Shown: piece after piece, positions 13,920 through 25,932 of the stretch
Position numbering within the stretch: position 1 is the first letter of the stretch
Layout: every line of letters begins with the position of its first letter
DNA from: Octopus bimaculoides
Lineage: Eukaryota
Direction: 5' to 3'
Assembly (NCBI RefSeq): GCF_001194135.2
Contig: NC_068988.1
Location: forward strand, 44,646,216 to 44,710,215
DNA: 64,000 bases
Position numbers and translations under genes: made by a program
Notes under the pieces: model-generated
What the model was told of the DNA's origin: nothing
Database searches by the model: none
What the model saw: only the letters and a program-made list of their open reading frames with translations

Positions 13920-14170
13920 GCCACCCCGAAGACGGAAGCCGGATCTATACAATGCTTAGTTGATTCCACTACTGGTTACATATTTTGGTAAACTACATCT
14001 ACCAATATCAAGAAGTGTAAGCCCTCAGAAACAGCAGTCGGATTTGTAATGCCATACATTCTCCACATTAATTTTCTGTGTCCTTGTCCTCTATGTAAAT
14101 TTGCTCTGTTAATATCTAAATATCTATATATTTATACTTGAATATTCATCGTCTGAAAACAGCCCACGTG
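13920..14170 (+). mobile_element. Penelope-type terminal repeat relic with degenerate hammerhead-like motif
   Basis: CCGAAGA (13926-13932) and GAAACAGCAGTC (14028-14039). Segment 14070-14165 is homologous to the arms of the 52118-52668 palindrome. Confidence 0.45.
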
Positions 14171-14284
14171 TAGTTTCATTTTGGAAATGATCAGAAGTAG
14201 ATGGACAAAAAGAAAAAGTGTTTTCTGGGACAGGAGAGTGTCAAGAATGGTTGGTATCCGTGTGTAAGCGCGCGCGTGTTGGCA

Positions 14285-14316
<32 letters not shown>

Positions 14317-14479
14317 TGCTGTGTGAGTGATCAGTGTCTAACGTGTTAATGTCGTAGTGAGAGGTCAGCAGCTATAGTGACAGATCTGTGTATGGGTGAT
14401 TGTGACAGTGTGTTGTGCGTTCTTTTGCACATGTGCGTAGATGGGATGGTCAGTAGTGAGTCAGGAGCAGTTTGAAGGC

Positions 14480-14543
<64 letters not shown>

Positions 14544-15044
14544 NNNNNNNNNNNNNNNNNNNNNNNNNNNNNNNNNNNNNNNNNNNNNNNNNNNNNNNNN
14601 NNNNNNNNNNNNNNNNNNNNNNNNNNNNNNNNNNNNNNNNNNNNNNNNNNNNNNNNNNNNNNNNNNNNNNNNNNNNNNNNNNNNNNNNNNNNNNNNNNNN
14701 NNNNNNNNNNNNNNNNNNNNNNNNNNNNNNNNNNNNNNNNNNNNNNNNNNNNNNNNNNNNNNNNNNNNNNNNNNNNNNNNNNNNNNNNNNNNNNNNNNNN
14801 NNNNNNNNNNNNNNNNNNNNNNNNNNNNNNNNNNNNNNNNNNATTCCAAGATTAAGACAAAGAAATTATTTTATATGAGACTTCGCTAATAAATAGACAA
14901 TTGTTGCAAAAGAAAAAAAGCTTACAGCATTCAATTATTAAACATTCATAATTGGAATAAATAAATAAAATTGAATATTAAGTATTAATGGAATTTTGAT
15001 TTACAGTCGAGTGACTTTTGGCCAGCCATATATATTCCTTATTC

Positions 15045-15460
15045 TGTTATTCTTTTATTTGTTTCAGTCATTTTACTGTGGTCATGCTGGAGCACCGTCT
15101 TTAATCGAACAAATCGACCCCGGGACTTATTCTTTGTAAGCCTAGTACTTATTCTATCGGCCTCTCTGGCCGAACCGCTAATTCACGTGGACGTAAACAC
15201 ACCAGCATCGGTTGACAAGCGATTTTGAAGGGGGGAAGAAACAGACGCACAAACATATACATCCACACACATACATACACACACGCACACACATATACGA
15301 TGGGCTTCTTTCAGTTTCCGTCTACAAAATCCACTCACAAGGCTTTGGTCAGCCCGAGGCTATAGTAGAAGACACTTGCCCAAGGTGCCACACAGTGTGA
15401 CTGAACCAGAAACCATGTGGTTGGTAAGGCAAGCTACTTACCACACAGCCACTCCTGCTC
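15045..15460 (-). mobile_element. SINE family A, full length
   Basis: Complete reverse-complement match to 8101-8482. Confidence 0.9.
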
Positions 15461-15461
15461 T

Positions 15462-15484
<23 letters not shown>

Positions 15485-15492
<8 letters not shown>

Positions 15493-16350
15493 AATATATG
15501 CATATATCCATACATATATGTACATACCTACATCTATATGTATATGTACATATACATATATACGCATATATGGGTACAGGACATCAAAAATCGTTAAACA
15601 CAATGAGAAACGAAAACATAGAAAACGAGCTTTTTTCGAACAACGAAAAAGAAGCAGAGAAATGAGACATGCAACATAAAGAGTGTACCCCTTCGTCAGT
15701 TGTCCCTGTTTCATCTACTCCACGTTTGGAAGGCAAGGACAAGACGCGACTTTGTTGAAACAGTCCTTCCTGCAAAGCAAATTAAATAAAATTTGGGATT
15801 TTTTGCGGTGGGTGAAAGTGTTAACAAGAACAGGACAGTGAGAACAAGACTGTAAAAACAAACGGTGAGGGTTGTTGAGCCAAGACGGTAGAAAAATTAT
15901 TATGAACGCTAGGTAGACGAGCCACGAAGGAGACAAGTGAGGCACGACTTTTCTTTAGGAAGGAAATGGACAGAAACATAGATCCCCTTTCTTCGTCACG
16001 TGTCAGCGACGAGAGAGTGGGAACGGTGAAAGGGAGAAAAGAATAGGGAAAGGATGAGAGAGAAATACAGAAAGGATGAAGAACAAGAGAGGGAGAGAGA
16101 TAGACAAAGAAGAGTTAGTAGAAGACTGCGCATCGTAATTATTAAGATAAAACTTACTTGGAAAAGGATGCGTGGCGTTCGATCATATAATAATATAAAT
16201 AATATATAAATATATGCATATATATATATACATATATGTATATACCTACATCTATATGTATATATACATGCATATATGGATAGAGGACATCAAAAAAACG
16301 TTAAACACAATGAGAAACGAAAATATAAAAACGAAAACATAGAAAACGAG
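15485..16350 (-). repeat. Element with ~150-bp terminal direct repeats (15485-15630 and 16195-16350); possible Penelope pseudo-LTR tandem
   Basis: Both ends read ATAATATAAATATATGCATAT...CCTACATCTATATG...GGACATCAAAAA.CGTTAAACACAATGAGAAACGAAAA...CATAGAAAACGAG. The class is inferred only. Confidence 0.5.
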
Positions 16351-16542
16351 GAATATGAACTCAATATTGCAATGTCAGCATGAATAATGACAATATCAGC
16401 ACAAAATCAACAATAAAATTCTACAGAGTTTTATACCAGAATTAGTAAACATTACTTGAAGGTTTAAAAAACTATATTCGCTCTATTACTTATTTTGAGA
16501 GCATGTTTTTTCTGGCTTATGGACAACTAACTGATAATGATT

Positions 16543-16632
<90 letters not shown>

Positions 16633-16849
16633 GTGTGTGTGTGCATGTGTGTGTAATCCAAAAGTTTTAGACATTAGCAGACCCACTGTCTGCTAAGTTG
16701 TGTCACTCTGAATGCCTTGAAAGCCATAAATCAACCATCCCTGTCTTTTTCTATCTTCTGTTTTGTTCTTTCTTCTTTCTCATTGCAATGCTGATCACCG
16801 ACAAGAATTTTCTTCTTGAAGGTGTGATTCTATTATTTTATTTCTATCA

Positions 16850-16936
16850 TTTGTATTTATTATTACTATTGTTATTATTACTATTACTGTTATTGTGTTT
16901 TCTATTGATTTTATTGTTATCGTTACTGTTGTTATG

Positions 16937-16972
<36 letters not shown>

Positions 16973-19330
16973 ATTGTTATTATCATTATCCTTTTCTGTC
17001 AATTTTGTTTCAATTTCTTTCCGTGTGTCTTCGCGACACCTAGGGCAAAAGAACTCACTGTGTACATTGGTAGACCGTTAAAATAAACACACCAGATTGT
17101 TCATTTACAAAGCTCTGTGATAGAAAATAGAGGAAGAAAGAAGGAGTGAAAAAGAAAGATGAAAATATAAAAAAGAATGAAAAAATGAAAAAAGAAAACA
17201 AAGAAAATAAAGAGGGAAAAAAATTCACAGTGACAATGCTCTTCTCAATATGTGTGACGTACCAGTTAAAACAATCTTTTGCACTTCTTGCATGAATAAT
17301 AAGCCAGGGATCATTCTCAAATAATTTTCAGTTCCTTTTTTGATCATTCCATGTGCTCCTACAATCAATGGTATTGTAACGTCTTGAGATGTCACATTTT
17401 ACGATTTCAATCAGCAAATCTTTATATTTTCTGCGCTTATCAAATTCTTTTGCCGAGATACTATGGTCATAGGGTATGCTCATGTCAATCAGTAAACAGA
17501 TTTTATTGTTTTGATCTTTCACAACAATATCTGGTTTATTAGCTTTGGTGGTCCGATCTGTATGTACCGGAAAGTCCCAAAGAATCATTACATTTTCTCC
17601 CTCAGTTACAGCCTCAGGGTGGTGCTTATACTATTTGTCAGCAGTTTTGATTTTATAATGCCAACGTATTAACCAGGGTAGATATTAGCAAACTCTGTCA
17701 CGTCTTGATTTATACTCTATAGGTGCCAAACTTTACACCCAGAAATTAGATGAACCACTGTTTCAATCTCATCATTGTAGTAGCGGCATTGTGGGTCTGC
17801 TCTATTTTTCGTCACATTGGCTTGGTAGTTACGGATCAATAAGCTCTGATCTTGAGCAGCTGAGATAAAGCCTTCGTCTCTGCTTTTAGGCCTGAGCTCT
17901 GTAACTACTGATGCATGTGCTTTTGATCTACATCAACTTGTTTGCTACGGGCTACATATTTGCAATGCAAAGGTTTTTGTTCCTACCTATTAGCCAATTG
18001 TTCACAAGCCTTTGCCTTTGCCATTGATTTCACCTTCTTTGCAACAACAGTTGCTGCACTTCCATCATGCTGTTCAGCCTGGTTATTATGTATGAACTCA
18101 CTAGCAACATTTTTATTCTCCTTCATAACAGAATGAAGTTTCTTATGTCTCTTGTGGTTTTCAATGAGTTTTAGCATTCAGTCGCTAGATGTTTCAAGAT
18201 ATTTGGCCAGTCAGATATTTGGTTTTGTCAGAGATTTTAAATTGGATCAAGCCTCAACCTCCAATGGGTCTGGGTAGGTAAAGACAATTTGCGCCTGCTT
18301 TTAGGTGATGGATCTTATTGCAAGTCAGCAGCTTATGGATTTTCTTTCGCTGACATTCCAGTTCAACACATTGAAACTATAAATAACTGGAATCGCTAAG
18401 GAATTTATGGCTAACACTTTGTTATGTGCATTTAACTCATGTCTTTGGCAATAAAGTTTTAAGTCACTCATAAAATTTTATACCCATCTCCTGTTCTGTT
18501 AAGATCACTTGAAAAGGGTATTAGGACTATGCAAAAAATTAGAGGTGAAAGAGAGTCACTCTGAAAAACGCCGCAGTTGATATTAATTTTGTTTGAAGTC
18601 AGCACTCCATTAGAGTAGTATGATTGGAGATTCGTATTTCACAGTGACGTGCGCTTCAGGAAGTTTGAAATTACAAAAGAAATTTTGAAGATATCCAGCG
18701 ATTTCAAGATCTATGAATGCGGTATGCTGTCAAAGGCGTTTTCTTTATAATCAATCCATGCAGACCAGAGATTTTTGCGTTTGTTATGAAATTCTCAAGA
18801 ATCATACAATTGATTAGAAATTGATCTTTGCTTCTATACGAGCCTCGTCGTCACCATTTTTGTTCAGTGGAGAAATTATTGTTTAGTTCCATAAATGCGT
18901 ATGATTTTTTCTACGAGGATGGATGTTAAAATTTTATGTGGTAGACACGCAGGTTGTGGGCCAATAGTTTTGGGGAAATTTGGTTTCATTATTCTTTGGA
19001 AGAAGGTAAGTAGTACCACTTGCTAACCAATCAGGTGTTTTCTTAGGATCTCCCATAATTTCATTGAATAACTGAACTAACTTTTCATGTGCGCATAGGA
19101 GCGATGCGAGCCAGAAATTTGCACCCCTTCCCTATCTTTACCAGAGGATTTCCACTTATGAGCCTTCGTGAGTGTCATCCTTAGGTCTGCTATTGTGATG
19201 TCTTCACATGCTTGATCTGGTAGATTTCGGTAGGATTCTTCTGTGCGTCTAATCCAATCTGCATTTTCATTGCAATGTTTTTTCATCACTTCGTATATTT
19301 TACCAAAAGTTTCCAACTTTTTCCATGTTT
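16850..19330 (-). pseudogene. R4/Dong-clade (restriction-like endonuclease) non-LTR retrotransposon, 5'-truncated and decayed
   Basis: Minus-strand relics: AHKWKSSGKD; PDWLASGTTYLLPK; SAWIDY-K-AFDSIPH; GVFQSDSLSPLIFC; FMSDLKLY (FMDD decayed); C-x2-(Y)-x7-H-x4-C knuckle; ILWDFPVHTDRTTKANKPDIVVKD...LLIDMSIP (PD..D RLE); end VQKIVLTGTSHILRRALSL* near 17230, then a 3'UTR and (AAT)n tail at 16850-16990. Confidence 0.92.
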
Positions 19331-19677
19331 ATTTTCGACGTGAAATGTTTTCGTATTGGATGTGAACAGCTTGTAAAACTTGTTTCACTTCTCAAATCTT
19401 CGTATTCTTTGAGCTTTATCACCACCACCACCACCACCACCACCACCACCACCACCATCATCATCATCGTCATCGTCATCATCATCATCATCATCATCAT
19501 CATCACCACCACCACCACCATGTATGTGCACGTGTGTTTGATGTACATTTGGAGTCACCTGGTTATGCATCCGGGGACTTATGCATTTGATGGTAAACTG
19601 GGATTTACCCTTATCTCATGCTTTTTGGTCTTTATCAAACTACAATCTGTTGCATGAATTAGCAAAGTGAGAACTCG

Positions 19678-20255
19678 GGTGCTACTTCAGCGAGCCATCT
19701 ACTGCAATATCCTACGTTAGCGTGCGGTATACCTTTTCTTATCCTTTTACACTTTAGCCTGTTATCTACCTCCAATAATAACTTTATACTGCAGGATAAT
19801 AAAGACAAATTGAATAATATTGAATAATGATTTATTAATAACTTGTTGATGTCCGTATAATGAAAAAAAAAATAAAATAACGGTTACCTTTCCGAATAGA
19901 ACGCGAAATTTGACACTCTTTTCGAGGACAACGAAATATAGGCCGGTATTCTCCACTTCTGTCACATTTTCGTTTTCCTTGCATGACACTACCACATCGA
20001 TAACAAGAGTCTGCTTATAATGATGTATCCAAAAGATTGTTTTCTTGTAAAAATGCAATTGCTGTTTCCTCTGTAAAAATTATACGTCTTTGGAAATCCT
20101 CTAACAACATTGTAATGGTTAAAATTAACTCAGTTTAAAAGGGTAAGAAAAGGTAGACCGCACGCTACTAGTAATTTCACAGCGTAGACAGGATTTTGCG
20201 GTAGACCACACGCTAAAGTAGGATACTGCGGTAGACCGCACGCTAAAGTGGCGTC
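19678..20255 (-). mobile_element. Merlin (IS1595/IS1016-like) DNA transposon, internally deleted
   Basis: 8-bp TSD AGAACTCG at 19670-19677 and 20256-20263; ~85-bp imperfect TIRs beginning GG/GA with ~29-bp subrepeats. The minus-strand relic 20110-19883 encodes MLLEDFQRRIIFTEETAIAFLQENNLL...CYRCGSVM...FRCPRKECQISRSIRKG with one stop. Confidence 0.8.
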
Positions 20256-21899
20256 AGAACTCGTATGGTGGCAAGAACAACGTATGCGTTTTTGTTTTTT
20301 ACCATCTTGTACATATATCTATTGTTCATTTGTTCCACCATAGATGCTGCGTTATTACATGTATAAATCCACAAATAACAGCTTTATGTCAGCAGTCAAT
20401 AAAATAATTATGCTTTAAAGATATTTATTGAATAAATTTTCTCCCGCTTGTTACTATTGCTATACCACTGAGAGAAATCTACATTAAGAGATTAACTGAG
20501 AAGATTGAAAGTTGAGAAAATGAATTGGAAAGTTATCTTTTTTCGACAAACATATGTCGATCTCACCGCCAGATAGCAAGTTCGATTTCAAAACTCACAG
20601 ATATCAACGCAAATGAATGACATGAAAAGATTTAAAGTGGACTCAATCACGAGTATTAAAAAAGCGAGATTCGACAGCAATCTACTGATAATTTTCAAAA
20701 CGAGCTAAAATTGTATTTTAGACTCTATCAATTCTAACAACTTAGGCAAATACGACTAAAAATCGTGTGATCTTGATTTAAATACTAACAGCAAAGTATA
20801 ACTAGACACTATAAAGAAGACAGATAAGAGAACTAACCAAAACACATGTAACAGTAATTATAATGACTTAGTCACAGAGTTAAAAATTAACGACCGGATT
20901 GAACATCTTCGTGTACGTAAGTCGTATTTAATGTTTAAGGTAATGTTATGGAGATACTCAAACGTATACTATTTGGCCATATAGTTAATAAACTGGACAT
21001 AGTCTGCAAAAAAGAAAAAAAAACATTAGATTTGATAAATACAAGAATTAGGTTAGTTACAAAGTTTATACAAATAGAATTCTAAGTGCAGCCATCAAGT
21101 AATTTAATAGTATCGAAGGCAAAATCATGCAGATTCATTCAGTTAAATATCTTGAAGTTTTACTGATCCATTTCTCGGAGCCTTCTTCTGCAAAGTCTTT
21201 AATTCGGTAAATTTCCACATCGCCATCACATCAACAAAATAGTAAACACAAGGAAGTCATTGTTATTTTGCTATAATTTTTCGTGATTCAACAAAAAGAC
21301 ATGGAAACAAGGTTATTGATGTATATTTGTGATTCTTTGATGTGCAAACATCAGATCCTACCGACATATTTAGTCTACACATAATGAAAAATAGAGTAAA
21401 AGGCTCGAACAAAGGCATATAACAAGACAACGGACTCACTACACTATGAACGGACAGGATGGACAAACTTAGGAAAACAATAATTGGTTTATTCAGATAT
21501 TTTAATTCAAGTACAATAGATGCACAGCACCAGTGTAGCGAGAGTGTGTGCCGCCTGGGGTGGCCCTTTAGTTTGTCGCCTACGGGTCTCCATAAAAATA
21601 CTTATTGCCTACAGCAAACCCGAAAGTGGTGCCACCCCCCATAAAAGTACCCCCTTCTCTCCCTTCCAGTCACGCTAGTGATATACAAATGAAAATAGTA
21701 AATTTTGGGGACATAATATGGAACGCAAACAGGGAAGTACTCTACACTAGAGGCCAATGAACAAACTATACACATTAATAAAGACTCTAACTATCCGGCT
21801 CAGTTATGCAACACATCACAGGCAACAATATCAATAGATACATTTCCGATGTATCCACAGACAAGTACATGTGTAATAAAGCGGCCTTTTTTTTATATA

Positions 21900-22110
21900 A
21901 AGGGTGGCCCAAAAGTAAGTTTACAATTATCACATAGGCACTTTAAATTTTTTTAAAAACATTTTATTATATTTAATTTATATCTTACAATTAACTAAAT
22001 TAGCATACAATAATGGTTTCATATTTTTTTATAATTAAGATCTAAATTGTTAATATATGAATGCAAAAGAGATAGCTGAATAACTGTAAACCTACTTTTG
22101 GACCACCCTG
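21900..22110. mobile_element. Tc1/mariner-type MITE
   Basis: ~30-bp TIRs AGGGTGGCCCAAAAGTAAGTTTACAATTAT and ATAACTGTAAACCTACTTTTGGACCACCCTG, flanked by TA (21898-21899, 22111-22112). No ORF. Confidence 0.85.
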
Positions 22111-22399
22111 TATAATAGAGCTTGAAGGCGAAGCGATCTTAACGAAGTTGTATAGAATGATATACTAAGTGGACTAGGTACTTTGCACCTCTTAGAAATG
22201 TGGATCTTGTACATAAATCAGAAACAATTATTCCCAGTATTCTGCCCTTTCATTTATGAGTGGAACAAGTAATATACTGTTTAATAAAAATATAGCAATA
22301 AACTGATAAAAAAGAGAAAAAGAAAGCAAAGGAGCAGAAATGTTACAAATATTCTTTTCTATTCTAGGCGCAAAGCCCGAAATTTTGGGCGGATAAATA

Positions 22400-23092
22400 A
22401 AAATAACAAGGATGCACAGTATGACAGAAGAAGATACATCAGTACCAGTGCGGCTTTTTTGCGCATCTTCAATTTTCCCATTCATGAGAGGCACCCAGTC
22501 ATCCTTCATCTGAGTGTCCATCTAGAGAATGGCCACAAGGTTATCTTTACAAAACAAACAGCCTTGCAACAAGCACTTTCTCCAAAAGAAACTACTCTTA
22601 CTGTCTTTTTTAAGTTGTGTCAAGTAGATGAAAATGCAAGAAAACTTCTTTATCTACAATTACTCAAGTATTACACCCGGAGAAACAATAAATGGCACAA
22701 GAGGAAACGGGCTGACACCTTTTTTGCACTTATACTGAACATGTCTCAACTTGGCAGTCCCCTACAGCTTTGGATGAAACATCGTGAGGACATGGCTGAG
22801 GACTTAAAGTATGCAGTTCAGTAGGCAAACCCAGATATCAATATTCAGCTCTCCGAAACAATTTTTAACCGAGCACTGATTGAAATTGAGAATCAAGTTT
22901 TGGTCATGGGAGGCAAAATTTTCAAGTGTCTGGCTTTGGACTGCCAAAAACAAACCGTGAAATTAGTGATTTAGCTTCAAGAGATATTGTAAGAGAGACA
23001 AATTATGACATCACAGAATTGGCTGCATTTGTGAATCAACATGAACCTAAACTTCTTCCAGAACAACGCTGTGCATATGATCAAATTTTTCG
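22400..23092 (+). pseudogene. Helitron Rep/helicase fragment
   Basis: RYIS...RIFNFPIHERHPVILHLSVHLENGHKVIFT...PKETTLTVFFKLCQVDENARKLLY (Helitron Rep C-terminal motif), an internal deletion, then PLQLWMKHREDMAED and L(L)PEQRCAYDQI just upstream of where the PIF1 helicase would start. Confidence 0.88.
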
Positions 23093-23146
23093 TTTATTAT
23101 TATTATTATTATTATTATTATTGTTATTAGAAGTAGTAGTAGTAGC

Positions 23147-23189
<43 letters not shown>

Positions 23190-23348
23190 TTACAAATACG
23201 GGTAAGGTCNNNNNNNNNNNNNNNNNNNNNNNNNNNNNNNNNNNNNNNNNNNNNNNNNNNNNNNNNNNNNNNNNNNNNNNNNNNNNNNNNNNNNNNNNNN
23301 NNNNNNNNNNNNNNNNNNNNNNNNNNNNNNNNNNNNNNNNNNNNNNNN

Positions 23349-23397
<49 letters not shown>

Positions 23398-23539
23398 TGT
23401 GTGTGTATGTGTTTGCGTTTGCGTGTGTGCACATAACTTGTATGTAAAATGGGTTAATGTGCCTCATTTATATTCTCTATATGCATGCTCAAAGACACTC
23501 ACATAGCCCCTCCTATATATATATATATATTATTTATAT

Positions 23540-23931
23540 GCCTGTGGCACGTAAAAGCACCTTCTGAGTGTTGGGTCTTATGGAAGCAAGGACCGAGACC
23601 ATTTGGCATTATGCCATGTTTTGAGCATTAGGCCTCATGGAAGCAGTGACCGAGTTCTTTTGGCATTATGGGTTGCTTGAGAAGAAGACCCATCAAGCCA
23701 AGTAAAACTGCAGTTGTGACAGATACTGGTGTCACACAAATGGCACTCCTGCCGGTGGCATGTAAAAGCACGCATTACACTCTCGGAGTGGTTGGTATTA
23801 GGAAGGGCATCCAGCCATGGAAATCATGCCAAAACAGACTGGAGTCTGATGCAGCCTTCCAGCTTGCCAGCCCTGGTCAAACCATCCAACCTATGCCAGC
23901 ATGGACAATAAGCGTTAAATGATGATGACGA

Positions 23932-23933
<2 letters not shown>
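23540..23933 (+). mobile_element. RTE-type LINE/SINE 3' tail (family D)
   Basis: GAGTGGTTGGTATTAGGAAGGGCATCCAGC...AAACCATCCAACC...GTTAAATGATGATG; shared with 28825, 33110, 45330, 54875 and 63640. Confidence 0.75.
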
Positions 23934-23966
<33 letters not shown>

Positions 23967-23989
23967 TAGATAGATAGATAGATAGATAT

Positions 23990-24205
23990 AGTCAATCCAG
24001 ACATGAACAAGCAGGAAAAACACGAAAAAACAACAACGCGAGGACATGGAATAAGTACAGTGTTATTGGACGCTCAGGAAAGGAAAGAAAAGAAAGAGGA
24101 TTTCACGTTTCGAACGGAGCTCTTCATCAGAAATATAGAAAAAGTCAAAAGAGAAGACGGAGAAAGAAAATCGCCAACGTTGCCCACGCGGTCACACACA
24201 CACAC
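23990..24205 (-). mobile_element. Penelope-type terminal repeat fragment carrying a minimal type I hammerhead motif
   Basis: Minus strand ATTT-CTGATGA-A-GAGC-TCC-GTTC-GAAAC-GTG-AAAT at 24134-24100. Confidence 0.65.
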
Positions 24206-24242
24206 ACACATATATATATACAATTATATATGTATGTGCATG

Positions 24243-24324
<82 letters not shown>

Positions 24325-24825
24325 CACACATATATGTATATATGTTTGAAAGAGAAACATAGACAACGTGCATGAACACCCCTTCATATGAAACAAACTA
24401 TGAACATTACGTGTTTAGCTCGCATAAACGCTGTGCCCAACCAATATGACTAGGGAGAAATAATGCAAATGAATGCTCCAATGAACGCTATAATGCTGTC
24501 TAAAAATATTCACATACCATGTAAGGTGACATCAATGTCTGCTAGGTGGATTTCGTGTCTGTCAAGAAAGCTTCTTCATAATCATTTTACCACTTTATTA
24601 TTATTATTTTAATATTAATGACGATGGATGAAGAGAAAACATTTGTATTACTCTGTTACTGCTGTTTCTGAATGTGGCTCCAGTGTTAATAATGCAATAC
24701 TTATCTCTACAAATGATCAGATATATGTATAATATTGGGATTTTGACAACTGTTATTCTTATAGAACTTACATATACCTGAGTAAGATTACTAGAACTAT
24801 TTTACCAGTGATTAGGAAAGATATC

Positions 24826-25932
24826 TGATATGTCCCGCATTGTGACGATGTTTCCTTGTCTGGGTGACTGGCTTCAACAGCGTACCTTGCTGACTGACAC
24901 TACTTACTGAGTCTGTCCACTATTTATTAGTAGTGAACCAGCCCACCTCTCACCTAGGGGTGTCCGCCACAACACCTCCCCCTTTTGAAAATTTTTTCTA
25001 CTTTCAATACAACATTATATTTTTTTCTTTATTTCTTTGTCTTCCACACACAGAAATATTTTTCTCTTCTTATTCAGAAATTTTCTTGTTCTATGCAGAA
25101 TATATTTTGTTTTCACAATGCTGCAGGTGGTACCAGTCTACATTAACGTATAGCGACCTGACTTAAATCTTTTGAATGAACTCATTATTATTATTATTTT
25201 TTGTTCCACACAGAACCATGTTTTTTTTCTTCAAAATGCCGCAGGTTGTACCAGTCTACATTGTATACTGCTAGTGCTACTACATAGAGCGACCTGACTC
25301 AAATCCTTCAAACGGACTTATATTATTTTTCACTGTGTGTAGTTCAGTTCTGTGTTAGAGTTCCAATTTTGTCAGGCTTTTTTTTTCTTCAGAATCTTTT
25401 TATTTTTATATATTTTTCACTGTGTGTATATTACTTTTCACTGTGTGAAGTTCAATTCTGTGTTAGATTTCCTGTTTTATCTGACATTTTTCTTTCAGAA
25501 TCTTTTTTATATATTTTTCACTGCATGTAGTTCAGTTCTGTGTTAGAGCTGCAATTTGTCAGACATTGTTTTCTATATATTTTTCACTGTGTAAAGTTCA
25601 GTTATTTGTTAGAGTTCTAGTTTTATCTGACAATTTTTTTCTTCAGAATCCTTTTATTTTCTTCTTCAGATTCGTTTTTCTTATATATTTTTCACTGTGT
25701 ATATATTATTTTTCACTGTGAAATTCAAATCCCACCTCAGGATTTTTAACATTTTTCCACTGCACGAGCTCTGAATCCTCGTTGCCACTGATATGCCTCA
25801 CATTATGATGACGTATTTCATCATCTGCATGACTGGCCTGAGCGTACCATGCTGACTGATATTACTTAATGAGTCTGTCCACTATTAGTAGTGGACCAGC
25901 TCACTTTTCACCTGGGGGTGTCCGACACAACA
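24826..25932 (-). mobile_element. Non-autonomous LTR retroelement (TRIM-like)
   Basis: LTRs 24826-24974 and 25789-25932 (TG...CA, roughly 78% identical by eye); TSD ATATC (24821-24825, 25933-25937); PBS TGGCAACGAGGAT (25787-25775); PPT AAAAGGGGGAGG (24986-24975). The interior is non-coding with tandem subrepeats. Confidence 0.88.

Noticed and set aside
21527-21680. Possible hAT-type GC-rich MITE (CAGTGTAGCG...CACGCTAGTG)
   Set aside because: Terminal match is only about 9/15 and no 8-bp TSD was found.
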